A DNA stretch of 64,000 nucleotides from Candidatus Micrarchaeota archaeon CG1_02_47_40 (GTDB lineage Archaea; Micrarchaeota; Micrarchaeia; Anstonellales; CG1-02-47-40). A program made the position numbers and the translations under genes. The stretch spans positions 133,343 through 197,342 of the forward strand of contig MNVE01000016.1 in NCBI GenBank assembly GCA_001871475.1, in the 5' to 3' direction. How positions within the stretch are numbered: position 1 is the stretch's first letter; each line of letters starts with the position of its first letter. This document shows positions 28,649-39,256 of the stretch, piece after piece. Below the pieces are notes generated by a model. The model ran no database searches. It saw only the letters and a list, made by a program, of their open reading frames with translations, and was not told the DNA's origin.

Positions 28649-29660
28649 GCTTTTGCCCTCTTTTGCCGGCTTTTATTTTCCCTTCTGCCAGCATCCCGTC
28701 CAGTATCACGCAGGCGGCTGCCGCCCCCACTACCGGCGCGGCGCGCAGTGCAATGCAGGCATCATGCCTTCCTTCTATTTTTATTTTCGCATTCTTCTTC
28801 GTTTTCAGGTTCACGGTGTCCTGCTCTATTGCGATTGAGGCAGTGGGTTTTATTTTTACCGTAAATTCTATCGGCATTCCGGTTGAGATGCCCCCCAATA
28901 TTCCGCCTGAATTGTTTGGTCTGGCGCGCACATTCCCCTTCGCATCAAAGTAATACGCGTCGTTGTTTTGGGAGCCGTAATTTTTGGTTGAGCCGAATTC
29001 CACTCCTTTTACCGCAGGTATGCAAAACATCGCATGCGCCAGGAGCGCATCAAGCGCGCCAAAATGCGGTGTGCCTATCCCTGCAGGAACCCCCTCAATT
29101 CTGCAAAAAACCTCTCCGGAAACTGAATCCCCCTTTTCCTTTGCCTCCTGAATAATGAAAGCGAATTCTCTCTTTTCCCTGCTGCCGCCAACTCTTATTA
29201 TTTCCGAGGCGATGCTTATTCCCTTCTCAAAAAGCATTTTCTTTGCAAGCGCGCCTGCGACCATCCATCCCGCAGTAAGCCTTCCTGAAAAAATCCCCCC
29301 TCCCCGATAATCATTAAACCCCTTGTAGCGCACGTGCGCCGTATAATCAGCATGTGAGGGGCGGGGGGTGTCTTTTATTTTCTTATAAGGGGATGAATCA
29401 ACATCCTCATTCCTTATTATCGCGCAGATTGGCGCGCCGCTTGCGCGTCCCTGAAAGATGCCGGAGAGAAATTCCATCCCGTCTTTCTCATTTCTTCCTG
29501 TGGCAAGCCTGCTTGCGCCTGGCCTTCTCTTTTCAAGCTCTTTTTGTATTTCCCCTTCATTTATTTGCACTCCCGGGGGGCAGCCTTCTATGAGCACGCC
29601 TATGCATTTTCCGTGAGACTCCCCGAAAAGGGAGATGCGATAGTTTTTTCCAAGTGGCAT
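28635..29660 (-). CDS. aroC: chorismate synthase
   Basis: FGESHGKCIGVLIEGCPPG, RPGASRL, GGGIFSGR. Overlaps pheA by 14 nt. Confidence 0.9.
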   Translation of the reverse strand: MPLGKNYRISLFGESHGKCIGVLIEGCPPGVQINEGEIQKELEKRRPGASRLATGRNEKDGMEFLSGIFQGRASGAPICAIIRNEDVDSSPYKKIKDTPRPSHADYTAHVRYKGFNDYRGGGIFSGRLTAGWMVAGALAKKMLFEKGISIASEIIRVGGSREKREFAFIIQEAKEKGDSVSGEVFCRIEGVPAGIGTPHFGALDALLAHAMFCIPAVKGVEFGSTKNYGSQNNDAYYFDAKGNVRARPNNSGGILGGISTGMPIEFTVKIKPTASIAIEQDTVNLKTKKNAKIKIEGRHDACIALRAAPVVGAAAACVILDGMLAEGKIKAGKRGQKHGKS

Positions 29661-29750
29661 GGGATAAGTTGCACATATGCTCCTTTTTAATATTTTTTAC
29701 CCTAAAGATAAACATCTCTTGCTTAGTTTGGCAATTCGGAGGTCATTTTA

Positions 29751-30848
29751 ATGTACGAAAAAACTGATGAATTCGGCCCGGAGAAAGTAATTGAAGTGCA
29801 TGATGCAAAATCCGGCTTGCACGCTGTTTGCGTAATAGACAATACCGCAATAGGCATAGGAAAGGGAGGGATACGGCTTGTTCCGGATATTACGATTAAT
29901 GAGGTAGCTGCGCTTGCTCGCGCCATGACCTGGAAGAATGCGCTTGCGGGAATTCCGTTTGGAGGGGCGAAAAGCGGCATAAAGGCAGACCCAAAAACTG
30001 CCGATAAAGAGAAACTGATGAGGGCGTTTGCGAGTGCATTGAAATGCGTGATTCCTTCTCTTTACTGCGCAGGACCTGATATGAACACCACTGAAAGGGA
30101 GATGGGTTTTCTTGCTGATGAATTAGGGGATATGAAAGCCGCTACGGGAAAGCCTGCGAGTATGGGGGGCTTGCCGCACGAGCTTGGCTCAACCGGCTTT
30201 GGGGTGGCGCAGTCAGCATTTGAGGCATTGGCGCACAAGGAAATGGATGTGAATGGGGTGAGGATTGCCATTGAAGGATTTGGGAATGTGGGCACGTTTA
30301 CTATGAAACATTTGTGCGAAAAGGGAGCGAAAGTGATTGCTGTTTCGGATTCACGCGGAGCGGTTTATGATGAGCGCGGGCTTGATTATGATGCACTCCT
30401 GAAGGCAAAGGCGGAAAAAGGGACAGTGACTGCATACGGGAATGGGGCAAAAATTCTTGATTCTGCCTCGCTTTTCTCCCTTCAGTGCGATATGTTAATA
30501 CCTGGAGCTCGCCCGAATGTTATTACTGCTGTAAATGCGCCTTTGGTAAAGGCAAAAATAATAGTGGAGGCGGCAAACATACCGATGAGTGTTGAGGTGG
30601 AAAAATCCCTTTCCTCCCGCGGAATCCTGATGATACCTGATTTTGTGGCAAACGCAGGAGGGGTAATTTCCTCCTATGTGGAGTATATTGGAGGCAGTGA
30701 ATCCGAAATGTTCGCTATGGTGCAGGAGAAAATCACCTCAAACACGCGCCTCGTGCTGGAAAATACGATAAACAACGACACACGGGCTGCCGCGTTGAAA
30801 ATAGCAAAGGAAAGAGTAATTGGTGCAATGAATGAGAAGAAGAGCTAA
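29751..30848 (+). CDS. gdhA: Glu/Leu/Phe/Val-family amino acid dehydrogenase (glutamate dehydrogenase-like)
   Basis: GIGKGGIRLVPD, FGGAKSGIKADP and GFGNVG (Rossmann). Confidence 0.8.
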   Translation: MYEKTDEFGPEKVIEVHDAKSGLHAVCVIDNTAIGIGKGGIRLVPDITINEVAALARAMTWKNALAGIPFGGAKSGIKADPKTADKEKLMRAFASALKCVIPSLYCAGPDMNTTEREMGFLADELGDMKAATGKPASMGGLPHELGSTGFGVAQSAFEALAHKEMDVNGVRIAIEGFGNVGTFTMKHLCEKGAKVIAVSDSRGAVYDERGLDYDALLKAKAEKGTVTAYGNGAKILDSASLFSLQCDMLIPGARPNVITAVNAPLVKAKIIVEAANIPMSVEVEKSLSSRGILMIPDFVANAGGVISSYVEYIGGSESEMFAMVQEKITSNTRLVLENTINNDTRAAALKIAKERVIGAMNEKKS

Positions 30849-30851
30849 TTT

Positions 30852-33791
30852 TTATATGTAGTAATTGCAGCCGTCCTCTTCTCCTCCCCCTCCTGCATTC
30901 AAATCCACTACAATCGTTTTCTCGCATATTGGGGATGCCGGATTTGCTACTCTTGCAGTATAAGTATTTGGCTGGGGATAGACGCAAACATTTTCACCAA
31001 AGCAGGAATTCCCCTCGCACGCGAGCTGATGCGTCGTATCCCCTTCATTCCCGCAGGAGAAATCTATTATTTGAGGCGGGGTGAAAAGGGAGTAGAGCAC
31101 GGACGCATCGCTGAAATCCAGCGATGGCGCCCTTGGGGAGCTTGGCAGGATTATAAAGCACGTTTGCTGTGTGGAGCTTCCCACAAGCACCTGCGTGCTG
31201 TTGAGATTGTTGGTCTCGTCTATTTCATCTATTAAATTCTGCGGGTCGGCTTCCATCTGGAGCGAATTCACTCCTATGAAATTGTCCGAAAGCTGAAAAG
31301 AATCGTAATTGTAAGTGTGCGACTCGTCCCTTGCAAGCCCGCCGGTGTAATTGAGCGTTGCGCCCCATTCCCCTCCCTGCCCGCCGCCGCTTAAGGAAGA
31401 CGCAAGGGCTGTGTTTGCCCCTGCCGGAATGTCCTGGCAGCCGATGTTTGAAACCTCAACTGTCAATGTGAATGTGTCTCCTGAAATGGGCATGATGGGG
31501 GAGTATTCATAACTGCTTATTATCAGCTCCGGTTTGTCTGTCACCTCAAAAGAATCCGAATCAACGTTGTCAAACTCGTTTGACTCGTAAATCGCATTAT
31601 TCACGTCTGCGGTGGCGGTCATCGTGTATGTGCCCTCGCCACCGATTGTGTAACTAAACAAATAATCCGGAGTTCCGCTTCCCGCAATTACCGGCTGGGT
31701 TGTCTGCTGGGAGTAGGAGGAAATCAACCCGGTGGGTTTTGCGACGGTGAATGTGCTCAAGAAAGGCGCATTCGTATCCGCCTCCCCGTCGTTTATCACA
31801 TAAAAGCCCACCTCTATCGTATCCCCAGGACAGATATATGGAGGAACATTCGCTGGAATGACCTGCGGGATGAGGTTCGGCAAATTTCCGGTTGGGGGGA
31901 TTGAAACGAAGCTGCCATCCCAGGCATTGTCATTCTCGTTGCTTTCGGAAACTTCCAGATTGCAGTCGGTAAAAACATTGACTTCGTTTTCACCTGCGGG
32001 AAGCTGGATTGGAAGGGCGAAGACGAGGGCTTGGCTTTCCCCGGACGCAAGCCCGGTTAAGTCCATCTCCTGCGTCTGGACGCTTCCTGATGGGGAAGTC
32101 AGGGTAAGGCGGGTGCAGAAAGTCTCCCCGACGTTTTCAATTCCGTTGTTTTCAACAGTCGCGGTTATCTGGGGACTCTGCCCCACCTCTGGGCTTTCCG
32201 GCAGGAGGACGCTTGTGATGCGCAGGTTTTTGCCCTGCACGAGTTGGCTTACGGTGAATGTTCCGCTCTGCTCGTTGTTGTTTTCATGGATTCCCTCTGC
32301 AATTACTCCGTTTGGCGCTGGAAGGCAGTCAGCCTTTATTCTCCACGTGTGCTCCGTTTCCGGTGCGAAATTAACAGTGTAATCAAAATCAACATCCGCC
32401 TGCGCATTTGGGGCAAGCAAAGAAGCAATTGCGAAAGCAGGGGTTTGCTGAACATCATCTATGTAAAGGCAGGTTTGAAAAGTTCCACTCGTTGCAGCAG
32501 AGCCTTGGTTTTTCACCTGCCCGTCAAAGTGAAGCGTGCTTCCCTGCGCCGGCGCGGTTGTGATGGGACCGGCATTCTGCACTATTAAGTCCGGCTGCTG
32601 GACGGGAGTGACTATCACGTTTTCAATCACAAGAGGCTGTAAGAGGGTTGGCGTTGGGATGTTTCCGCTGCAGACAATCCCGTCCGTTTCAAGCGCAAGG
32701 GAGATGGCGACGGTTCCAATGAATGCATTATTCGGGGCGGTAAGGGTTCCAGTGAATTGCTGGGAAGAGCCTGCATTTATCCAGGAGGAAGGCAAGCCTG
32801 AAAGTGAAAATGAAAAGCCGTTGTTTGCCGAAATGCCGGTAAGCCTTATCTTCCTCGGCTCGCTTGCCTGGCTGTTTATTAGGGTGAAGGTGACTGGAAT
32901 TGATGCGCCCGCATTCATGTTTACGGTTCCGGTCGGATTTGTGATTGCCGCGGTTGCGCCTACTGCCGGGTCGCGGACGTGAAGGGTGATGGAGGGAGTG
33001 TATTGGGTGGTGTGCGGAATCTGGCTTGCCGGCTGGCTTGAGATTGGAGGATTTGAATAAACGTATTTTATGAGTTCGGAAAAGGATTGTTTGTTTGCGT
33101 CTAGCGGTTCGACTATACCCTTGCAGTTGTTTGTTTGAAGTTTTGCTGTGAATTGAGGATTCGAAGGCGCGCTATAATCTTGGGTTGAGAGTGCGTTTTG
33201 AGGAAAGGTATAGATGGTAGGGCTTCCTGAAACCGATATTTCGGTACTTCCGGTGCAGATTATGCCTGCTTTTGCGGCTCCGTCCTGGCGGCTTTGAGCA
33301 TTTATGACGTAATTAACATCTCTGTTTGCATTAGTAAAAACTTGATTCGCAAGCGGGGAAACGAGCGTCTGGGGACCCACTTGGGGAAAAAAACTGTCTG
33401 TTGACTCCTGTATTTCTATGTTCGCTAGATTCGAACCCCATGATGGAGGGAATGATGAGGGCAGCCTGTTTGGTGCAACTACTGAAAAGTCATTTAAGTT
33501 GGCGACTGGCGAGTCGAGAGATTGCACTGCCTGCGCGGATATTTCTCCAGGACAGACATACGCGCCGTTTGGAAGGTCGGCTTGGGAAACCCCCGAAGAG
33601 AGCACTACCTCATCCGTTGAAACCTGAAGGGAGAGGGAATGTGCTATGTCTGCTTCGTAGGTTTCCCACACGTATCCAAGGGAACGCGAAGAGGAAAACA
33701 AAGCCGTTTCAGGTTCTATTGAGGTAGCGGCGTGCAGTGTTGCCGCGAGAAGAACAAACAGAAAAACGCCGTTAATTTTCATCAATCTCAC
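30852..33791 (-). CDS. large secreted surface protein with multiple CARDB-like beta domains
   Basis: Signal peptide MRLMKINGVFLFVLLAATLHAA. Recurrent ...V.NNG/N.G... blocks typical of CARDB. Ser/Thr/Asn-rich. 979 aa. Confidence 0.6.
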   Translation of the reverse strand: MRLMKINGVFLFVLLAATLHAATSIEPETALFSSSRSLGYVWETYEADIAHSLSLQVSTDEVVLSSGVSQADLPNGAYVCPGEISAQAVQSLDSPVANLNDFSVVAPNRLPSSFPPSWGSNLANIEIQESTDSFFPQVGPQTLVSPLANQVFTNANRDVNYVINAQSRQDGAAKAGIICTGSTEISVSGSPTIYTFPQNALSTQDYSAPSNPQFTAKLQTNNCKGIVEPLDANKQSFSELIKYVYSNPPISSQPASQIPHTTQYTPSITLHVRDPAVGATAAITNPTGTVNMNAGASIPVTFTLINSQASEPRKIRLTGISANNGFSFSLSGLPSSWINAGSSQQFTGTLTAPNNAFIGTVAISLALETDGIVCSGNIPTPTLLQPLVIENVIVTPVQQPDLIVQNAGPITTAPAQGSTLHFDGQVKNQGSAATSGTFQTCLYIDDVQQTPAFAIASLLAPNAQADVDFDYTVNFAPETEHTWRIKADCLPAPNGVIAEGIHENNNEQSGTFTVSQLVQGKNLRITSVLLPESPEVGQSPQITATVENNGIENVGETFCTRLTLTSPSGSVQTQEMDLTGLASGESQALVFALPIQLPAGENEVNVFTDCNLEVSESNENDNAWDGSFVSIPPTGNLPNLIPQVIPANVPPYICPGDTIEVGFYVINDGEADTNAPFLSTFTVAKPTGLISSYSQQTTQPVIAGSGTPDYLFSYTIGGEGTYTMTATADVNNAIYESNEFDNVDSDSFEVTDKPELIISSYEYSPIMPISGDTFTLTVEVSNIGCQDIPAGANTALASSLSGGGQGGEWGATLNYTGGLARDESHTYNYDSFQLSDNFIGVNSLQMEADPQNLIDEIDETNNLNSTQVLVGSSTQQTCFIILPSSPRAPSLDFSDASVLYSLFTPPQIIDFSCGNEGDTTHQLACEGNSCFGENVCVYPQPNTYTARVANPASPICEKTIVVDLNAGGGGEEDGCNYYI

Positions 33792-35332
33792 TTCACATTA
33801 AAGGTCACTCCAACCCTGAAAAGGTTTGATGACGGAAGCTCAATTCCATACTCCATGTTTGAAGGGGTTTTTATGTAGTCTGCATTCAAGCTTACTCCGT
33901 ATTTTGAGTTAAGCTCAAGTGAGAGCGATTTGTTTTTGTTATTCGGGTCAAAGCCTGCGAACATCCTTATTTTCTCAAAATGCGGAACCTTCTTTGAAAT
34001 CAGTCCAACCTCGGCAAGACGGGTGGTTTTTCCAAAGCTTTCCTGCAGAGAAAAACTGCCCGCCAATGCGATTGCAGGCACACCGAGTTTGTCTTCGGGC
34101 AGAGAATACCGCGACTGGTATTCCCCTTTGCCCGAAAGCCCATGGGAGCCTGACAGCTGGACGTTTCCAAGCCCTAATGGAAGATTTAGAGCGGAATCCA
34201 GTTTAAGACGAATATCTGCCTTGTTCTCGCGGAGATAATCGTGCCTTGCGACTACCGTGCCTGCAATGACGCCGGGCGCGTCCCAAATGAGGAAGTGGGT
34301 GCCGACGCCAACTCCGAGGCTGGAAAGAAGAGGCTGTGAAACTGTTTTTGAGGCAAAAGTGCCGTCGTCATTTCTTTCCCACTGGCGGCAACTGGAGTCG
34401 CCGAATTTTAGTTCCACGTTAAGGAAATCCTTGCCAGTCAGGTAATATTGCGTGTTCACTTCCTTAAGGAAGGCATTTCGTATCTCTTTTGCATTCGCAA
34501 GCGCCAGAAATTCCGAGCCTGCGTGTTCGGAAAGCATTTCGGATGCCTTTTTGAAATCGCCGGACTGGATGGCACTTATAAAGTCGCTCTGTGTGTGTCC
34601 GTTGGAGAGGAGTTGCCCCCACATCACATCGGAACTGCCAAGACCGCCGAGAAAAGCCGCCATCTGCCCTGAATCCTTCCCGGAAAGTCCGTCTGAGAGA
34701 AGATTCAGGAAAGCAACTCCGGTATTCATTGATGAGAAAGTAACTGTGTAGAAGAATTGTGTCGGCTGGAATTGCGGGCTGATTTGCTGCACAAAATCAG
34801 CTGAAGGGTGGAAAGAGGGAATTTCCGCAAGGGGCGGGGCTTTTATCTTGCGCAAACCGAAGGTTGCGCCTGAAGCTGTAGTCGAATTCAAGTTTTGTTT
34901 TTTTGAGAAGACGCTCCTTAAGGTGTAGGCATTGATAAGTCCGCAGGCATAGCTTGCAATGTCCTTTGTTTCCCTTTTTTCGGAAGAAGCGGTGAATTCT
35001 TCAAATGTTTTGCGGTAAACGCCCAAAAGAGCCGCCGCTTGCAGGGACTTTAGAAAGCCCTCGCTTAACGCCGTTTCCGTGAAGGGCTTTGCCTCTGCGA
35101 TGGTTTTGTAGCCGCTTTTCCCAAAAAGGAAGCGCATTGCCAAGATGGCGCTCTTTTTGTCCTCAAGATTAACCGCTTGCTTCGCGAGAAAAAGAACCGC
35201 ATCGGTGTCTGGGGCTTTTTTCAGCAGTTTGAACAGCCTTTCCGCCTCTTCCTGCTTCCGGCTGGCGATGGCTGAAAAAAACTCATCTGCAACCCCTTGG
35301 GCGTTTATTTGTTTGGGCGGCATAAACATCAC
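33788..35332 (-). CDS. hypothetical protein, helical N-half and beta-rich C-half
   Basis: Translationally coupled (4-nt overlaps) to both neighbouring giant genes. Confidence 0.5.
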   Translation of the reverse strand: MMFMPPKQINAQGVADEFFSAIASRKQEEAERLFKLLKKAPDTDAVLFLAKQAVNLEDKKSAILAMRFLFGKSGYKTIAEAKPFTETALSEGFLKSLQAAALLGVYRKTFEEFTASSEKRETKDIASYACGLINAYTLRSVFSKKQNLNSTTASGATFGLRKIKAPPLAEIPSFHPSADFVQQISPQFQPTQFFYTVTFSSMNTGVAFLNLLSDGLSGKDSGQMAAFLGGLGSSDVMWGQLLSNGHTQSDFISAIQSGDFKKASEMLSEHAGSEFLALANAKEIRNAFLKEVNTQYYLTGKDFLNVELKFGDSSCRQWERNDDGTFASKTVSQPLLSSLGVGVGTHFLIWDAPGVIAGTVVARHDYLRENKADIRLKLDSALNLPLGLGNVQLSGSHGLSGKGEYQSRYSLPEDKLGVPAIALAGSFSLQESFGKTTRLAEVGLISKKVPHFEKIRMFAGFDPNNKNKSLSLELNSKYGVSLNADYIKTPSNMEYGIELPSSNLFRVGVTFNVK

Positions 35333-38300
35333 TCTCCTGAAAACACCGGTACGTAAAGCGCTGGCTTAACTGCATTCAGCGACATGCCGGATGCGAATTC
35401 TTCGTTTTTCTTTGTTCCCCAGACGATTATGCTGTTGTCTTTCTCGTATTTGCCGGCTATAAGCTCTCCTCGGAGGGAGGCGCTCGCCAGCTGGCCTTGT
35501 TGCATAAACTTCAGTTTTGATTCTTCCTCTTTCTGCTCGCCGATTTTCCCTATGTCGGAAGGCAGGATTCCGGAATAGGTGCCAATGGTTACAGGCGGCG
35601 GCGAGCCTTCTTTGCATTCCTTATACACTGCCCTGCCTCCCTTCCATTCACCATAAACCAGCTTTCCCTCCTCGTTGGTCCTTAGGATGACCCCGCCGCT
35701 TTTCCCCTCGGTATCGGTTTTTAGAATGGTTTCTCTTGGAACAGGCGTCAGCATGCCGGCTCTTTCGCCATTCAGGTCGGTCAGATAAACCGGTTCGTCT
35801 GCCTTCTCCTGCGAAAGCACGTAGTAATGCATTTTCGTTCCTTCAGGCACGAATGAGAATCTGTCATTTGCATCCGTTCGATAGGCAAACATTGAGGAAC
35901 CGGTAAAATCTATCTCTCCCTTGACATCATGTTTTGCATCCACTCCGAACTGTTTGACATCAGACGTGGTTTTGACATTGTCGTGCCGCGGAATCTGGAC
36001 TTCGTAAACATTTACGACCTCAATTATCGCTTCCTGCTGCACGGTTTGCGCATTCGGATAAAGAGTGCGGTTGCTTGCTGTCGCAGCTATTTTCACGAAG
36101 CCCTCGTTTTCTGTTGGAATTGGCACTTGCGCAGTTCCATCAGAAGAAAGCTGTGCGGGAATGTTTTCCTTTCCCTCAATGAGATTGTATACGCCGTCTT
36201 TTGCTGCGGAGAAATAGAGGGAATATTTCGCTTCTGTTGAGCTCTTTTTCTCTTCCCCAATAGGCGCGCCGGCATCTGCCGCCAGTGAAGCTTTGAGAGA
36301 TGCGCTATAATCGCTTCCGATAAGCACTTTCCCCTGCGCCTCTATCTCCATCGCCAGCGTTTCAAGAGCCTTCTTCTCAACCGCCCCTCTCTCCGGCGCA
36401 ACCCTGCTTGAAATCTGCCGCAGGGGGTTGGTCAGCTCCTTCAGCTTCGTTATCTCCGCATCATTCAAACCCAGCTCTGCCTTCTTTCCGTCAATAAACT
36501 TCCTGTTGTCATAGCCTCCGTAGAGGATTGGCTGGAGGACGTTAAGCACGCCTTCAGCTTTGTCCCCAAATTCTTCCTTAATATCTCCGACAACCTTCAC
36601 GTGCTGTGCGTCCGTTCCGAACCTTGTTGAGCCCGTGCCTGTTATGGTTACTCCTGCAGCCAGATGCGCAAGCAGTATCGCTGATGGGATTCCGCCGGTA
36701 TTCTCAAGCCCTTTAATTATTGCTGCTTTCTTAACCTCGTCTCCGTTTGCAACTTTATCAATTGCCTGCTCCAAACTTATGTCCTTATATTCATTATACT
36801 TCGCCATCACCTTGTCCGCCATTATCTTTGTATCTGTCAGCTTGTCCCCCCTGTACCGGTTATAGACAAGCCTCTCTTCTTGGCTCCATGCATCCGTTAC
36901 CTTCACCCAAGCGCCTGCCTTGTTGGCTGCCTCCTCTTCGGAGGCGAAGGTTCCAAGCTCCTTCCCGCTGACATCGTAATAATTGCCCGTTGTCCTGTGA
37001 ACGTCCTTGTAAGTGCTCCCAAACTCCGCCGCCTTCCCTTCTCCCATTCTCCCCTGCGCCCTTGCAAGCTCTGCGCAGGCAGAGGTCTGCAGCCCCCTCA
37101 TCATATATTCCATGAAAAGAAGAGTGTTGCTAACTTTGAGTTTGCTGTCTTCCTGCAAAAGCACGTCCTTGTACTGCTCCATTATGCTCTTGTTGGCTTC
37201 GTCTGCCCTGACGAACATCTGCTTTTCTTCATCATAATGGAAGGTAAGGGCAAAGCACCAGTAGAAATAGTAGTAATCCGCACTGCGGGAAAGGTAGGCT
37301 TCCGGATTTTCAAGAATCGCCTTTATGAGAAGCTCTTCCCCTGGCTTTTGGAATATTTCGGCTATGTGCGCAGGCGCATTCATTTTATCAAAGCCGACAG
37401 CAAAAGGATAACCCGAAAGATGAATCTCCGCTGAATCTGCATAAAAACCGTATTTGTCCGCTGGAACAGCCGTGCCGGTGATTTGTGCAGGGGATTCCGC
37501 CTTTGCCGTCGCTTCTTCCTGCGGGATTTCAAGCTCTCTGCCTTTGTTGTTTGTCAGCAATAGGTAGTAAATGCCCCTTTCCTCCCTGCCGGCAGCCGAA
37601 AGCCCGTATTGTGAGAGCCTCTGCAGGGTTGCCAAGTCCGCCTGCCCCCTTCCTTGTTTTGCACCATACTGAAGCTCAACTTTGCTTCTTTTTCCGTCAA
37701 GCACCTCTTGCAGGAGCCTGCGCCCCTCATCGCTCATTTTCAAGTCATTCCCAACAAGTTCGTAGGGGGTTGCCGCAGCCTTTTGAGCTTCCTCTGCAAC
37801 AGGCGGCGTTTTTTCCAAAACAGGCGTTTGACCCGCCTGGAGTTCTGGCTCTTTCTCAAGCTTTCCATAAGCCTTTGCAAATTCCTCGCCCAGCTTGTAA
37901 TCCAGAAATGCCTGCATCCTGCTGTTTATCAGGGCGTCCTGGCTTCTGCCAATCAATGCATTGCCCTCTTTTGAAAGATGATAATTTTTCAGCGCGTCCT
38001 GGACGATTTTCCTTTCATTCTCGCTCACAGGCGCAAGAAATTTCACGTAAGCGAGCTGTATTTCGTTCATCAGCTGATTTTGTTTCTCCTGCGCAAGTCC
38101 ATTGTAGAGAGCTTTGTCGGATTCATTTAGGCGCCCCGCAAAATCCGGCTTTGCGTTCTCGGTCGCGGGAAGCCCAATCAGCGCTTTTGAAAGCTCATCA
38201 TATGCTGTTTGGTAAAACTCCCTCTTATCGTTTATCCCGAAAGCGTTTGCATAGTCGCGCACCCTGTTTGCGGCGTCTGCGTCAAGCTGCGCCCCGTCAG

Positions 38301-39204
38301 GGGCGGTTAAGTAATTGCCAAACCCCCCCGCGTATGAGTAGCTGCCAAGGATGTTTGCTACCGTGCATAGCTCTATCGAGAGATAATATGCGTTCATGCC
38401 TTGCGGAGATTTTGAGAATTCCTGCGCGGCATCCTTGAGCCGGTCAGAAAACAACAGCAGGTATCTTGCAAAAGCCGCCGCTTCCCCCCTGTTGGCTTGG
38501 GGTATGCCGTTCATTCCTTGGGCATGTGCCTGGAAATCCCGAACCGCTTGGACGCCGTGGTGGCTTTTAAGGAATTCCGCGAAAAGCTGCGAATATTCCT
38601 GCCTTCGCTCAAGAAGGGAAAGCGAAGCGGAGCCTATCTTGGGACCTTCTTCCTTTTTTTCTTGCTGTGCCGCTGCTGGCTCTGCCGGCAACTTTCTTTG
38701 TTGGGAAAGAGACTGCTCTAATTGATATCTCATTTGCTGCTCTTGAGTTAGGAAAAGATTTTTTTGGAGTTCGCTTATTTTCTTTTGCTGTCCTTCAGTT
38801 TGGGTTGGCGCCAGAAAGAGGGAGTCTGTGCTTAAGGGAGGGCGTTTTTTCCCTAATCTGACTCCGAGTGGGGTTTTTTGCAGTTCCTCCTTTTGCGGAG
38901 CCTGCGGTGTTTTTTTCTTTTCTTTTGTATCTTTTATTCCGTTAAGAATTCCGAGGAGATGAAGGGTCTGCCCTTCAATCTTTATCGCCTTGTTGAACTG
39001 CCCGTCACGGAGCTGTTCGTTGAGGTCGGATATTATCTCTTTCCCCTTCTCTTGACCTAGAAGCTCCTTGAGGATGCCCTTGGACTCTTCCGTCAGGGAA
39101 TAGCTGTTAATCTGCCACTTGTTCTTTTTCAGGATGCCCTGCTCAACAAATTCTTTGAGCTTTTGCTTGTCAAGCTCCTCTGCACGCTTAACCTTCTGCT
39201 CCAA
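35329..39204 (-). CDS. giant hypothetical protein (1291 aa), largely helical/coiled-coil
   Basis: Long uninterrupted ORF. All plus-strand ORFs in the span are short, Cys/Pro-rich and look like antisense. Confidence 0.55.
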   Translation of the reverse strand: MEQKVKRAEELDKQKLKEFVEQGILKKNKWQINSYSLTEESKGILKELLGQEKGKEIISDLNEQLRDGQFNKAIKIEGQTLHLLGILNGIKDTKEKKKTPQAPQKEELQKTPLGVRLGKKRPPLSTDSLFLAPTQTEGQQKKISELQKNLFLTQEQQMRYQLEQSLSQQRKLPAEPAAAQQEKKEEGPKIGSASLSLLERRQEYSQLFAEFLKSHHGVQAVRDFQAHAQGMNGIPQANRGEAAAFARYLLLFSDRLKDAAQEFSKSPQGMNAYYLSIELCTVANILGSYSYAGGFGNYLTAPDGAQLDADAANRVRDYANAFGINDKREFYQTAYDELSKALIGLPATENAKPDFAGRLNESDKALYNGLAQEKQNQLMNEIQLAYVKFLAPVSENERKIVQDALKNYHLSKEGNALIGRSQDALINSRMQAFLDYKLGEEFAKAYGKLEKEPELQAGQTPVLEKTPPVAEEAQKAAATPYELVGNDLKMSDEGRRLLQEVLDGKRSKVELQYGAKQGRGQADLATLQRLSQYGLSAAGREERGIYYLLLTNNKGRELEIPQEEATAKAESPAQITGTAVPADKYGFYADSAEIHLSGYPFAVGFDKMNAPAHIAEIFQKPGEELLIKAILENPEAYLSRSADYYYFYWCFALTFHYDEEKQMFVRADEANKSIMEQYKDVLLQEDSKLKVSNTLLFMEYMMRGLQTSACAELARAQGRMGEGKAAEFGSTYKDVHRTTGNYYDVSGKELGTFASEEEAANKAGAWVKVTDAWSQEERLVYNRYRGDKLTDTKIMADKVMAKYNEYKDISLEQAIDKVANGDEVKKAAIIKGLENTGGIPSAILLAHLAAGVTITGTGSTRFGTDAQHVKVVGDIKEEFGDKAEGVLNVLQPILYGGYDNRKFIDGKKAELGLNDAEITKLKELTNPLRQISSRVAPERGAVEKKALETLAMEIEAQGKVLIGSDYSASLKASLAADAGAPIGEEKKSSTEAKYSLYFSAAKDGVYNLIEGKENIPAQLSSDGTAQVPIPTENEGFVKIAATASNRTLYPNAQTVQQEAIIEVVNVYEVQIPRHDNVKTTSDVKQFGVDAKHDVKGEIDFTGSSMFAYRTDANDRFSFVPEGTKMHYYVLSQEKADEPVYLTDLNGERAGMLTPVPRETILKTDTEGKSGGVILRTNEEGKLVYGEWKGGRAVYKECKEGSPPPVTIGTYSGILPSDIGKIGEQKEEESKLKFMQQGQLASASLRGELIAGKYEKDNSIIVWGTKKNEEFASGMSLNAVKPALYVPVFSGE

Positions 39205-39256
39205 ATAACCACCAATTCTAACGCATATTCTCTCTTTTTTCCTTTAAAAGCCTTTG

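Noticed and set aside
37485-38438. 317-aa plus-strand ORF, and several other 100-300-aa ORFs antisense to the giant genes (e.g. 36880..37434, 48291..48602, 55776..56258)
   Set aside because: Compositions are Cys/Pro/Ser/Arg-rich and characteristic of antisense frames of long genes. They have no RBS and no coupling.
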